64,000 nucleotides of DNA from Rebecca billardiae RCC1528 (GCA_965240325.2 OZ251251.1:620001-684000); one strand, 5' to 3'; shown: positions 1 to 27,208, counted from the stretch's first letter. Numbers and translations: made by a program. The notes: generated from the letters alone by a model not told the origin.

Positions 1-105
1 AGATACCACATACATGCAGCAGACCACCTCAGGGATTCACTAGGCTTCCGCGCCACCGCCAGCCGGCGCTGCGGCTGCGCGGCCAGCACGGTCGACGACG
101 ACAGC

Positions 106-1605
106 TCATACTGACGCGGCGGTGCCCGGCGCGGCCGGCGCCGGCGCCGATTGCTTGCGAGCTTCCGAGCACTCGGCCTTCTTGCACAGCCACCCTCGGA
201 GATCGATCTTCTGGCACGTCGGGCAGCGTCTCGCCTTCGCCATCGGGCAGGGCGACACGCCGCACGAGCAGGTCTGGTGACAGCGGTCGAAGCTCGCCTC
301 GAGCTCAGCAGCAGCTGCCTCCGCCTCCGCCTTCTTCCGCGCACGCTCGGATGCGGCCGCCGCCTTGCGCGCCGCCTCGGCCTCCTTCTGCGCGGTCTGC
401 GCGGCCTTCTGCGTGTTGATCTCACGCAACGGCCACGAGCCGTTTTGGCTGTCGAGCCGCGTGTTGTCCGGCTTCGGCGCGGCGAGCTCCACGGCGGGCA
501 CTGGAAGGACACCGAGCTGGTCTGCGAGCTCACCCGGGTCGAACCTCACCGCCTTGCGCACCGCGGCGAGCTCGGCGTCGTGCTCATCACGCTCGCGCAC
601 GAGCTTGGCGGCCTGGCGGCCGGAGTACTCCTTGGCGAGCTCGAGCTTGGCGCGGAGGGCTGGAGCAGTGTTCGAGCGCATCCCCGCAGGCGTGGCTGTG
701 AACGCACTAAACGTAGGTGATGCGTGCGCGCCAGAGGGCTCGCCGTCGTCGGCCGAGCGCGCAGCCCCGCGCTCCGGAGTGCTTGGCGCCGCTGCCGGCG
801 CCGCCGCCGCGAGCGACGCGGCATCGGCCTCCTCCTCTTGCCGCCTGCGCTCCGCCTTCGCCTGTGCGGCATCGAGACGATCCACGAAGTCCTTCCTGTT
901 GATCTGGTCCGGGTCCAACACGTTGCCCGTGATGCCCACCTTGCGCCACGCGTTGATGATGTCAAAGGTGTCACACCACGAGAACCACGCACCCGGCGTG
1001 GACAGCTCCTCACAGCCGCCGAGGATCTGGAGGAACTCGCGGAGGCCGATCGTGGGCTCCTTGCCGTAGCTCGCCGTGTACGCGTGCTTGAAAGACGCCA
1101 GGCCCTTCTGGTATTGCGAGTGGAACTTGTGGTTGTACTGATCGAGAGCCTTCACGGTGCGTGCGGCCGCGCGAGGGCGGAGAGGTGATTGTGCGCGCGT
1201 CGCGCGCGCGCGCCGGGCCGATTGCACGCCAGGTACACCCGGGGCACGCGCGCGCGCCGGAGAGGCGCTGCAGCCGTCCGCGCGCACGGGCGCCTACCTG
1301 TAGGAAGTGCGACGTGTTCGGCTCCTCGGTGAAGATGCGGATGCCGAACTCGGACTCAGCAGTGCCGAGGGCTGCGAGCACGTCCTCCGTGTACCGCGAC
1401 GAGTGGTTGTCGAGCAACAGCACGATCGGGAAGGCGATGGGCTCCAGCCCCGCAGCCACCAGAGCTGCGTTGAGGTCACCAGACGCGCCGACAGGCCGCC
1501 TAGCCCTGCCGCGCGGCGCCCGCCACACAGCAGCCGCTGCGCGAGGTGCGTCGCCATCGCCGGGTCTGAAAGACGAAGCAGTCCGAAAAACGAAGCAGCG
1601 ACCTG
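106..1605 (-). mobile_element. Internally deleted pogo/Tc5-like (DDE_1) DNA transposon; one terminus at 1605, the other probably upstream of the window
   Basis: The minus strand encodes FPIVLLLDNHSSRY...PNTSHFLQ, a GT-AG intron (1297..1150), then ALDQYNHKF... to the stop at 106. This is the 2nd and 3rd catalytic Asp region of pogo-type transposases, followed by a Cys-rich tail (CHQTCSCGVSPC..CPTC..CKKAEC). The terminus reads TA|CAGGTCGCTGCTTCGTTTTTCGGACTGCTTCGT on the minus strand, only ~130 bp upstream of the DDE fragment, so the HTH and first Asp are missing. Confidence 0.75.
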
Positions 1606-2703
1606 TACAGCACGTCCAGTTGGGCTGCAGCTGGAGCTTGGGTCCAAAAGCTTCCCGCGGCGCAGCGGCACTCGCCGCCGCCGCCGCCGTCGAGGGGCGG
1701 TTGTGGCGCGCACGGCGTGAGCCACTGCGGGCGCTGAGGTGCGCGCGACGGCGGCGCGCCCGGCGGCGCTGCTGTAGGAGGCCTCTGCCCTCCTCTCTGC
1801 CCCGCGCGCTTCGCTCGTCGTCGCCGTCTCCGCGCCTGCGACTCAGCGCGCACGCGAGCGCCGCACCGCCCGGCCGCCGGGGCAATCTCAGCCGTGACTG
1901 CGCATGTGCGTCGCGACCTGGTCGGCCCAGCGCGCGAGGCGCGTGTGGGCGAGGTAGGGCCAGTATGGGCGCGCGCCATGCCGCCTCTAGTAACCATCAG
2001 AGCGTACATCAGGAGACTGAGCACGCGTGTCTGGTTGGCCGCTTGGACTGTGTTCAAGCAATGCACGGGCCATCGTCGAGGCGATTTCGAGGCACTCAGT
2101 CAAAACGTCAGTTCCGCGCGCAGACGACCTGGACGAGAGCCACTGACGATGTATGTTTCGAACGATCACAAAAGGCTCTGCAACTATGGCGTCTGTACGC
2201 CTACTGCCTCGATCGTGCACACTGACGTCTGCGCTTGGGTGCCACATGTTTGTCAACGTTGTCGACAGAGGTGCAAGGCCCGCGACATGCCCACCGGCGC
2301 AAGGTCGAGGCGGCATGGCGCGCGCCCATACTGGCCCTACCTCGCCCACACGCGCCTCGCGCGCTGGGCCGACCAGGTCGCGACGCACATGCGCAGTCAC
2401 GGCTGAGATTGCCCCGGCGGCCGGGCGGTGCCGCGCTCGCGTGCGCGCTGAGTCGCAGGCGCGGAGACGGCGACGACGAGCGAAGCGCGCGGGGCAGAGA
2501 GGAGGGCAGTGGCCTCCTACAGCAGCGCCGCCGGGCGCGCCGCCGTCGCGCGCACCTCAGCGCCCGCAGCGGCTCACGCCGTGCGCGCCACAACCGCCCC
2601 TCGACGGCGGCGGCGGCGGCGAGTGCCGCTGCGCCGCGGGAAGCTTTTGGACCCAAGCTCCAGCTGCAGCCCAACTGGACGTGCTGTACCCTGACTCCCC
2701 TTG
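1605..2703. mobile_element. Non-autonomous foldback element D with ~380-bp TIRs (CAAGGG family); outer end of the left TIR replaced by the pogo element
   Basis: 1605-1987 is the near-perfect reverse complement of 2307-2689. The right end continues CCTGACTCCCCTTG (2703), i.e. CAAGGGGAGTCAGGGTACAGCACGTCCAGTTGG on the minus strand, which resembles the element C end CAAGGGAGTCAAGGGTGCCCGCGCCCCAGTGG. Confidence 0.8.
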
Positions 2704-3045
2704 GCCAGTGCGACCCCCACCTCCTCTGGCACGAGTTCGGTCGTGGTCCCTCCGCTGACCAGCCTGCCACAGGATTGTCGTCGAAACTCGAATTACTCGA
2801 GGATGGTCTGCATCGGATGGAGGACTCCGTTGGTCGTCACGCCGTCGGCCGTTCGGGTTGACAATGGAATCCGCCGGGCGCCCGGACCGGGACCTCACAC
2901 ACCGTTGCAACTGATAGATAGTAGTGTTAGAGTGTGTGCGTGTAGTAGTTGTAATGAGCCATCAGCAGGTGCCACCATCACTGCTCACGAAGCCTAGATC
3001 ACCGCCAGCATATGGAGACCGCTTGTGGGCCCCGCAGGCTGAGAC

Positions 3046-3999
3046 TCACGTTGCCGTGCGCGCGGCCGCCTCCTTCTCCTTCCACGCCTTCACCGCCGGC
3101 AGCGCGTACACGCGCTCCACCCAGTCAGCCAGCACGTTGGGCAGGGGCGCCACCTTGCTCACGTCCGTCTTCAGGATGGCCGCCAGCAGGAAATCCGCGC
3201 ACGACGGCCCGGGCGTGCCGGCGAGCCAGCCCGAGGGCGACGCCGCCAGGCAGCGCGCGAAGAAGCCCAGGTGGCGCGGCAGCGTCTCGTCGCGCCACGT
3301 GTCCTCGACGGTCTGCGTGACGGCGGGCGTGAAGACCGAGTCCGGGAAGCCGAAGCGCTGCTTGTACTTGTACACCTTCCGCCCGATCATCATGTCCGCG
3401 CACTGGTCCATGATGCCGTCGACCGCGGCCGCCAGCGCGAGGTCCGCTGCCGGGTACAGAGTCCCTGCGGCGCGCGGGAGGGAGGGCGGGGCGGAGGTGT
3501 GTGAGCGCGCGGCGGGAGGCCCAGCGGCGCGCGAGCGGTGCTGCCGCAGTGCGCGCGCATCCCGGCCACGCTGCTGGCCCGCGGGCTCACGACGTGCGGC
3601 ACTTGGCCAGCGGACGCCCGCATCGGTCGAGCTGGCCGCGGCGCGCGTACCGGACGGGTCGAGCGCGCGGCCGATGTAGCGGAGGATGGCGGCAGACTGG
3701 AAGATCTCCTGCCCGTCCACGATCAGGCACGGCACCTGGCCGAACTTGAGCTCGGGCTTGATCGCGCCGAACTGCTCGCGACTCAGCCGCTGGTCGGTGA
3801 AGCGCACGCCCGCGTACGAGAGAGCCATCCGGATCGGCTCGCCGAGTCCGGGGATGTCGAAGTACTTGAGGGTGATCGAGGCGCGGCGGCGCTGGAGGCA
3901 CGCGAGACGCCGAGCCGTGAGGGCGTACGTCGCCACGGCGGCCAGCGCCGCCGCGGCGGCGACCGCCGCGTATGCCGCGCCGGGTGACCCCGCCATCAT
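3046..3999 (-). CDS. Glutathione S-transferase (sigma-like) with an N-terminal hydrophobic anchor; 2 exons (3999-3651, 3464-3046)
   Basis: ITLKYFDIPGLGEPIRMALSY, KFGQVPCL, IFQSAAILRYIG, WLAG..PSCADF and WVERVYALPAVKAW are GST N- and C-domain motifs. There is an in-frame GT-AG intron at 3650..3465. Confidence 0.92.
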   Translation of the reverse strand: MMAGSPGAAYAAVAAAAALAAVATYALTARRLACLQRRRASITLKYFDIPGLGEPIRMALSYAGVRFTDQRLSREQFGAIKPELKFGQVPCLIVDGQEIFQSAAILRYIGRALDPSGTRAAASSTDAGVRWPSAARREPAGQQRGRDARALRQHRSRAAGPPAARSHTSAPPSLPRAAGTLYPAADLALAAAVDGIMDQCADMMIGRKVYKYKQRFGFPDSVFTPAVTQTVEDTWRDETLPRHLGFFARCLAASPSGWLAGTPGPSCADFLLAAILKTDVSKVAPLPNVLADWVERVYALPAVKAWKEKEAAARTAT

Positions 4000-4465
4000 T
4001 TTCGTGATGCGCGTGAGCGCGTCCGCTTTCCAGCGAGCCGCCGAGCCCGGACTACGGTGCTGTGTGCAGACGCGCCACAGCATCCGTTGGCGCCTGACTG
4101 ACGGTCGGTACTCGATCTCACTGACGGCTGGGCGCACCGGCGCAGACGGCAGCTTGAGACTACGACACTGTTACCAAGGGCCTGTTACTGTTACTAGTGC
4201 TAGCTGACTGAACACAGCGACTCTCTATTCGACTGCGCCACTAGTTGGCTGAGCAGGGCGCCGCCTGGCACGTCGGAACCGTTAACGTACGGCGGTGCGA
4301 CCGAATGAGTTGATGCCAGTCTGATACTGATGAGCCCGTCATCATGGACACGATGAGGCGGCGCCTCCGCCGGGCCGTCGCCGCAGGGCTCGGGCCGGCT
4401 GGCGGGCTGTCAGGGCCGGTGTCAGTCGTGTGTCTGGCTAGCGGCCGACCCCGCGGACTCCTAAG

Positions 4466-6171
4466 TCAGAGGAGCAGCGGCGCCGGCGGATTGCGCTGGC
4501 GGCTCCGCCTCCGCCTCGCAATGAGGACGACGGACACGACCACAGCCGCCATCAGCGCAATCCAAGCCGCCGCGGCAGTCGCCGCAGCAGCCGTCGCCAC
4601 CGCGCCCTCCACGTCGTCTTCCTCGTCACCCATCGCCGACGCGGCGAGCCGACGGCTGCCGAGGAGCGACGACGGCTGCTCTGCGCAATAACCGCCGTGC
4701 ATTCTGCACAGCGCGTGCTTGATCAGCCGGCGCCCCGAGAGGACGGCCTGGTGGCGAGGCGCGCGCCGGCGCGCGCCGCAGCACGGCAAGAGCAATAGGA
4801 GGGCACAGGCAGGTGGGCAGACAGTGGTGTAGTTGCGGTCAGCGGGGCGTGACTTGGATGACAGGCGCAGGCGTGTGGATGGTATATTGAGCGTTGGCCG
4901 AGCGCGTGATGCGCCCGGCACAGCCGATGGCCGCTATCGCACGGTGCGGGTGAGGGCGCACACTCGCACAGGCGGTACCAGGCCGCAGCACGGCAATGCA
5001 GCGGCGGCGCGGGCAGAGCGGCGCGTACCACAAAGAAGCAAGTGGCGCCACAGATTGCCTGCGGTGGTGGCGGCGGCGGTGGTGAGGGAGGTGGCGGTGG
5101 AGGCGGCGCTGGTGGCGGCGGCGATGGCGGTGGCGATGGCGGTGGTGGCGGCGGCGGCGAGGGCGGCGGTGGCGGAGGCGGCGCTGGGGGCGGTGGCGAT
5201 GGAGGCGGCGCTGGCGGAGGCGGCGAGGGCGGCGGCGAGGGCGGCGGTGGCGGAGGCGGCGCTGGGGGCGGTGGCGATGGAGGCGGCGAGGGCGGCGGGG
5301 CGAGCGGTGGAGGTGGCGAGGGCGGCGGGGCGGGTGGCGGAGACGGTGGGCAGGCGCCCTCGACCAAGAGAAACCCGGTGAAGAGTTGAGCGCGATTCCC
5401 TCCGCCGGTGTTGTCGCAATTCGGCTCGCACGTAGAGCCCAGCGTGATCTCCACCGATGACGTGGGCGGCGAGGTGTAGGTGAGCCTGACAGCAAAGTTC
5501 ATGTCGTCGGCGCCGGCAGGCGGGTAGGTGGTGAAGTCGCTCGGATGGTTGGCGGCGGTCGTCGCGCCGATGTATGTGTCACCTGCGGCGCATAACCCCC
5601 CTGCTCGGCCTCCGGTGCCGCCAGTCACCTCGATTGCCTCGAGGTCTGTTGTGCCCACGCCCGACAGCGCGTATGCGCCGCCGTTGCTCGCCAAGTCGTG
5701 CACGCACATGTAGTCGTACACCGCGTCACCCGAGGGGTTGTCGCCATCGACGTCCGTGGCTGTGAACGAGAAGCCGGGCAGCACCACTGGCGCGCCTGAC
5801 AAGTGGTCGACGAACTCCAGCCGCAGCCGGACCTGCGTGCCGATCACCTGCGGGATGAGGATATAGTTCAATGCCGCGGCGGGGGGGCTGAGAGCATCGA
5901 GCTTGCCGGCGTCCTCGGCGGACGGCCGTGTGTACGCGCCCACCGTGGTGATCACGAGCGTCACATCATTGCCACCCCCGTCCGTACCGATCTGCTCAAG
6001 CGTGATGCTGCCCACGCCGTTTGCCTCGATGTTGTCCTGCTGCTCGTTGCTCGCCTCGACGTCGAGCTCGACCTCCGACCCCAAGCACGGCGGGACTGAC
6101 GCGCCGCGAGCGCCTAGGGGCAAGACGAACGGCGCCAGCAGCACGAGTGCCACGCGGGCGAGTGGGGCCAT
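4466..6171 (-). CDS. Secreted/type-I membrane protein with a beta-rich ectodomain, a (PPPSPPP)n extensin-like stalk and a C-terminal TM segment; 3' exon structure uncertain
   Basis: Signal peptide MAPLARVALVLLAPFVLPLGARG; globular part including VRLRLEFVDHLSGAPVVLPGFSFTATDVDG; Pro-rich tract at ~5060-5345; downstream exon ending AAWIALMAAVVVSVVLIARRRR...LLL* at 4466. Confidence 0.65.
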
Positions 6172-6629
6172 CGCTCTCGTCCGAGGGAGCGCCGCGAGGG
6201 GCTTCCCGTTGCCGGGGGCTGCCGCCTGCCGGCTCACTGGAGTCTGGACGCCGGCGCGGGATGTTCTCAAGCGGCTTCCTGATGACTCCGAAAGTGGTCG
6301 CGTCAAACGATCACGATCTCCAGATGATTCGGACTCTTGCATCCGTAGTTGGGTAGTACTGGTATTGTACCCCCGCCATATTGTACCGTCGCCGCTTATA
6401 TCATGTCGTCACATGCATGTAGTTTATTTATAGCGCATCGTCAACATCGTCCCCGCATCAATATTGCGTAGTATGAAGTGCCCACATATAAAATCTAGAG
6501 CCCGGAACCGACCAGAGAACAATTATTGCAATACGTCGGTCTGACGGCGCCTCCGCCCGCAACGCGCCCTCTGTCTGGCTAGGGCACCTCGCCCTCGGAC
6601 TGAAGGCTATAGGTGCTCCGGTCGAGGAC

Positions 6630-8706
6630 TCAGAATGTCAGATCTTCGTCATCACGGCCCTGCGTGGGCGGGAGGCCACGCTCGTCCTGCGTGCCCGTGA
6701 GCGCGGTCGTGGGCGCGTACTTTGCGTTGACCTTCTCCATGTCCTGCCCCTCGTTGCACATGTCGACGATGCTGTCCAGGGCGCGCTCGGATGCGTACGC
6801 TCCATCGCGCACGCGCAGCTCGTACACCATGTTCGCCATCCCGTCCGCGCACGCGAGCAGGTTGAACATGAGCTGCGAGATTGTGTGGATGATCAGGTTG
6901 AGCAGCTTGGGCACGTGCGTGCGCACGTACTCCAGCATGAACTTGCCGATCTGCTCGGCGATGATCCGGGCGAGGGTCGCCTGCGATCTCGCGTTGAGGC
7001 GCGAGGTGAACTCGAGCACCTCCCTGAGGACGAGGTTGTAGAAGAACATGAAGATGCACACCGCGCCCAGCACCATCCAGAAGATCTTAGCCTTCGACGC
7101 GATGCCGGCCGCGTCGCGCGCCCTCGGCCCGCCCGGCGAGTTGTCGGCGTTGATGCGGTATGACATGACCACGTACCCCAGCAGGTTGGTCGTCATGAAG
7201 AAGTTGAAGCCGGCGAACCAGCCGTCGCCCACGATCTGCATCGGCACGACGAACGTGCCGTACGAGACCATGAAGGCGATGAACGGCATGATGAAGATGA
7301 TCCACCCCCAGACCGACGACGCCGGCAGCATCGACTTCCACAGCACGGCCGCGTTGAGCACGCCGGGGATGACGGCCACGAGCACCGGCAGCACGTGCAG
7401 CACGGACGAGGCGCCCATGAGGATGCGGTACTCCAGCTCGATGAGCGGCACCGAGATCGCCCGGCCGAGGTCCTTTTCGATCGCCGCGTCGAACCCGAGC
7501 ACCTCGTACCACGGGATCGCCGAGACGATGATCGGGCCGATCGTGTTGCACGCAAACGCTGCGAGCGTGAGCGTCTGCGAGCGCTTGAAGGTGGGCGCGT
7601 TGGCGGCGACGATGGTGAGCAGGATCGCGAGCAGCCGGAGGCTCCCCGGGATCCAGGCGTGGATGTGCTCGTACTGCTGCAGCTTGCACGCGCCCGCGTT
7701 GCTCGCCGTGTACAGCTTCAGCTTGCCGCACAGCGTGTCCACGAGCGGCGCCATGAAGTGGAAGAAGTCCGCGTCGTCCTGCGTCTTGGCGTTCGCCGCG
7801 GCCTTCCCCCAGTCGAAGCTGCACAGCTCCTCGTCCACGTCCTGCACGCGCAGTGGCGGGCGCGGGGCCGAGGCGCGATCGGCGGCCGCAGTCGCGCGCG
7901 CGCGCGCGCCAGGCCGGCCGGAGGCAGCGCCCTCATGCGCGCGCGCGATGGCCCGGGCGGCGAGCGCACGCGCGCACCTCCACGTTCTCCTCGCACATCT
8001 CCTTGCACGTCTCTTCGGTGATGTCGTCGTCCTCGAAGAAGCCCTTGATCTGCCCGCCCACCTGTGCGAAGCCGGTGAGCAGCGAGAGGCAGACCTGCTG
8101 CGCCTCTGCGTTCGCCGCCTCGCTGGCCGCCTCGGCCGCCGAGGCGTTGCCAACGGCAGCCAGCACGGCGGTCTCGACGGCGGCGCCGGCCTGCGCGCCC
8201 TGCGTGGAGCAGTCGGCGTCAAGCTCGAGCACGTCGACGGCGAAGTAGGCCGCGCACACGGGCTTGCACACCTCCTCTCCGATGGACTTGAGGAAGGGCC
8301 TGTACAGCTCGGCCACGTCGATGCCGGCCGACTCGCCCGGCTTTGCCGCGCAGATCTCTGCCGCGGCCTCTGCGTCGACGTCATGCACACGGCCCGCCGC
8401 GGCGAGCACGCCGGCGGAGATGCTGATGGAGAGCGTGGCGGCGCCGAGAAAGATGAGCACGAGCAGGGTCGACCGCCGCCACGCCATGAAGTTGGACCGC
8501 TCCGACACTTTGAGCGCGTCCGGCCGCGCCTTCTCGTACTCGAAGCGGATGTCGCGCCCCTCGTGCGCCGTCATGTCCTTCTCCAAGAAGGCGCGGAGGA
8601 GGTGGCGGAGGACGGGGACTTTGTACCAGAATGGCGGCTTCCAGGGCTCGACGGCCCTCTCGTCGAACTCCGGGTCCTTCTTGCCCACGCACGGCATTGC
8701 CACCAT
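6630..8706 (-). CDS. Uncharacterised multi-pass membrane protein with a Cys-containing extracellular loop; 2 exons (8706-7978, 7841-6630)
   Basis: Strong GC3 codon bias, several hydrophobic segments (STLLVLIFLGAATLSISISAGVL; WGWIIFIMPFIAFMVSY; IFWMVLGAVCIFMFFY) and a GT-AG intron 7977..7842 that joins the two ORFs in frame. Confidence 0.8.
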
Positions 8707-9019
8707 CGCGCGCAGAGTGCCCGCCCGACGGCCCGCGGTGTAGTTCGTCGCGGTTCCGCGCTCAGGAAGCGCTGCGTGGGTAAAAAAAGTGCTTGCATTA
8801 GCGCATGCATCAATTTGCATGCCCGTCTCCGCCGTCTGCTTGGCGCTTGCGCTGCATGCATGCATCTGCTGCTATCATATCATTGCTGCGGTCGGGCGGC
8901 TGGCCGGTTGGCCAGTCCGGCCCGGGCGCATATAGACTAGCGCTAGAGTACCAGACAGCTGACCCGAATGCGGCGCATATGACCGTCGTCAGTCGACGAA
9001 TAAGTCGTGACGATCGTCG

Positions 9020-13783
<4,764 letters not shown>

Positions 13784-14258
13784 GCCGGGCGGCGCGACGC
13801 GCGAGCAAGCACACGACGGCTCGCCGGCCAGGGCGCAGCGGCGGCAGCCCTGCTGCTGCCTGCTGCTGCGGCTGCAGTCAAAGCCAAGGGCTGCGGCCGG
13901 GCAGCAGCTTTGCTCGATCAGACGACCGCAAGCACCCGGCCGGACCTTTCCGGCCCAGCCGGCCGCCGCCGGCCCGCCGCCGCGAGGCCCGGACTTGCCC
14001 TTCGGCGATGGCGGCGATCCTCAGGCCGCCGATGTGACGCGCCAACCGGCGGTCGGCACCCAACGGGGGCCGCCCTCCGGCGACGCGTCAGGCTCTAGAC
14101 GGCTCTAGCAGAAGTAACACAGCTGCCAGTCACGTTACAGTGCCCCGGCCTGGGGGCGCCGGCGGGGCCGCACCGGACCGGGCGCCGGACCGGACTGGCT
14201 GCGGGCGCTGCCCGTCGCCCCGCGGGTCACCGTCGTACTTGAGATGTCAGTCAGCCAG

Positions 14259-24542
<10,284 letters not shown>

Positions 24543-24706
24543 CCCGCCGCGGGGCCTTTGTGCGTGCGCGAGTGGCCCGCGCACGCGCGAGCGCGCACGC
24601 GCGAGCGCAGCCGGGACGCGTCCGCAGCGGCCCGAGTCCGGGCGCGCGGCGCCACCGGTGGCGCCCTGCAGCATCCCGCGCCCTCGAGGGATTCCGACGC
24701 GCTGCC
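24543..24706. promoter_or_regulatory. Putative bidirectional promoter (164 bp between divergent start codons)
   Basis: CHD ATG at 24542 (-) and MTN ATG at 24707 (+). Confidence 0.5.
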
Positions 24707-25456
24707 ATGGCCACCGACGACGCGCGCGAGATCAAGACGGTGGTGCTGCTCTTTGCGATGGAGGCGGAGGCACAGCCGACGATCGCGCGGCTCGGCCTCT
24801 CGCCCAAGGGCCCCTTCGCCCCGCCGCTCGCCTGCCTCGCCTACGAAGGCAATCTGCATGGCGCGCGCGTCGTCCTCGTCGTGAACGGCACGGACCCGAC
24901 CTTTGGCGTCTCGAACGTCGGCACGGTGGCGGCGGCGCTCACGGCGCACGCGGCGTGCGCCGCGTTCTCGCCGGACCTGCTCATCTCCGCGGGCACCGCC
25001 GGCGGCTTCTCCGCGCGCGGCGGCGCCATCGGCGACGTGTACGTCGCGACGGCATTTGTGAACCACGACCGGCGCATTGCCATCCCCGGCTTCACCGAGT
25101 ACGGCGTGTACAAGACGGACGCGCACGACGCGTCGGCGATGGCGGCGGCGCTCGGGCTCAAGCTCGGCGTCTGCTCGAGCGGCAACTCGCTCGAGTCCGC
25201 CGACGCCGACCTCGAGCAGCTCAAGGCGTCGGGCGCGGCGGTGAAGGAGATGGAGGCGGCGGGCATTGCGTACGTCGCGCGCGCGCACGCAGTCCCGATG
25301 GTCGCGCTCAAGGCGGTGACGGACATCGTGGACGGGGACAAGCCGACGCACGAGGAGTTCCTCGAGAACCTCCACGCCGCGAGCGCCGCCATCGAGAAGG
25401 CCGTCGCCGCCGCGCTCGAGTACGTCGCGGGCAAGCGGCTGACGACGCCGCTGTGA
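24707..25456 (+). CDS. MTN: 5'-methylthioadenosine/S-adenosylhomocysteine nucleosidase (plant-type MTN), intronless, 249 aa
   Basis: FAMEAEAQP, GVSNVGTV, PDLLISAGTAGGF, HDRRIAIPGF, SSGNSL, KEMEAAGIAYVA and KAVTDIVDGDKPTHEEFLENL. Confidence 0.93.
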   Translation: MATDDAREIKTVVLLFAMEAEAQPTIARLGLSPKGPFAPPLACLAYEGNLHGARVVLVVNGTDPTFGVSNVGTVAAALTAHAACAAFSPDLLISAGTAGGFSARGGAIGDVYVATAFVNHDRRIAIPGFTEYGVYKTDAHDASAMAAALGLKLGVCSSGNSLESADADLEQLKASGAAVKEMEAAGIAYVARAHAVPMVALKAVTDIVDGDKPTHEEFLENLHAASAAIEKAVAAALEYVAGKRLTTPL

Positions 25457-27208
25457 CGTGACGATGGGATACGACTATCTATGAGTATGACTGTGCACGT
25501 GTGCCCTTGGGGCGGCCGCGCTGCGGACCGCCGGCCGGTCTCGCGGCGAGCGCCGCGGATCCGCGCAGTGACGTAGTCGTCGTCGGCCGACGATGATCGA
25601 ATCCGCAGACGCCTCAGCACTGCTTCCGGCGTTGCTGGCGAGTCTTGATCGCGCCGCCCTGGCCCGTGAAAACTGATGACAGTCATCCTCACGATGGCGG
25701 ACTCCGCCGCCCGTCCTGGCCCAATCCTGCGGCGGAGGCGGGGCAAACGCCTCACGGCGCATCATTGATCGTGGCCGCCTTGCTCTCGGCGGCGGGCGCC
25801 AGCAACGCAGTCACCGGCCGCTTCTCGGGCGCGCACGCCTGGCTGCGGGCGCGGCCCCGCCGATTCGCGCGCGCGTGCCGCGCGCCGGAGCTCGGCCGCG
25901 TCTGAAACCTCACGCACGGCGTGGCGGAGCTCTTCGCGCGCTGGGTGCCGCTGGAGGCCGGCGAGGCGCGCGCGGGTGCATGGGCTCGACACCGTTCGCG
26001 CCGTTGGGCTGACGAGCAGCTCAGCGCGTTTGCGCACATCCGGCTGGCGGCGTCCGGCGGCGGCGGCGGCGCGGCGCGGGCGGCTGCCGACCGGCCGCCA
26101 CCGCGCGAGGCCGCGAGCACGCGCGCTGCGCCGTCGTCGGCAAGGGCCACGACCTCCTAAGCCGCGGCGCGGGTGCGGAGACGGGCGGTCCCAACACCGT
26201 CTGGCGGCTGAACGACGCGGCGGTGGGCACGTGGGAGGCGGTGGGCAGCCGGGGGTCGGAGCACGTGCCGCGCGCTGAGCAGGGCGTGAGCTTGGGCAAC
26301 TTGCGCGCCAAGAACGTGCGCGCCGCGGAGCACAACCTCTTCGTGCCTCAGTACCACCGGGGTTACGTCTAGCTGCGCGACGTGCTTCTCCCGACCACCG
26401 CCGAGTGAGATTTGTATCGCCCCTGCCACCGCGGCGCGGCAACAACAGCGGCGGCGACGGCGACGGTCACGGCGGCGGCGGCCGTCGGGCGGTCGCGGCG
26501 GGGTGCTGTGTGGGCGCACGCGCGTGTGGCCGGGCATGCCGCTCGGTGGGCTGCCTGCGCGGGACCACGGCTGCGCGCCCTACGAGCAGCACCCGTCCCT
26601 CGCGCGCCCGTGCATCCATAGCTGGGAGCACTCGGCCTGCACCGAGCCGCCGCCGGCTGCCGAGAGCGGCGGAGGGGGCGGCGGCGCGGCGTGGCGCGCC
26701 GCGGCTGCTCGGAGGTGGCGGCTGCTGCGCTGGTGGGCCCCGCGTCGGCGCGAACCCGGTGCCGCTGTGCCCTTCGGCGGGGCCTGGTGCGCCGCCACGT
26801 GTGGCTCGCGCGTGCGCGAGCTGAAGGCAGCGAGCGCGCGCCGCGCGTCGGCCGCGCGACCTCGCGCGGCGCCCGATGGGCGCCGCCGCCCACTTCGTAG
26901 GGCCGAGAGTCTCCCTCACCTAGCGGCGCGAGTGCGGTGCGTGCGCACGCGCAGCAACGGCGGGGGTAGGCGTGTCGAGCACCGTGGCGGCGGCGGGTGG
27001 TGGTGCGCCGCGCGCGCGTGCGCTCATCAGTCAGGCGGCGACGCGCTCGCCATCCTCTCAGTCACCTAACACCTTCGTCGCGCTCGCGCTGCAGTCGTGC
27101 CACTGGCGCGTGGTCGACCGGCCGCATCCGGAGCGCCTCGTGCTGTACAGCGCTGTAGTATATATAACACGCGGCCGACGACGGACGATCTCGCCCTGAT
27201 GGCTGATG

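Noticed and set aside
1608-2686. Reading the first inverted repeat as a TA-flanked Tc1/mariner MITE
   Set aside because: The right side continues into a full CAAGGG-family terminus and the TIR inner motif matches elements B and C, so the nested-insertion model explains more.
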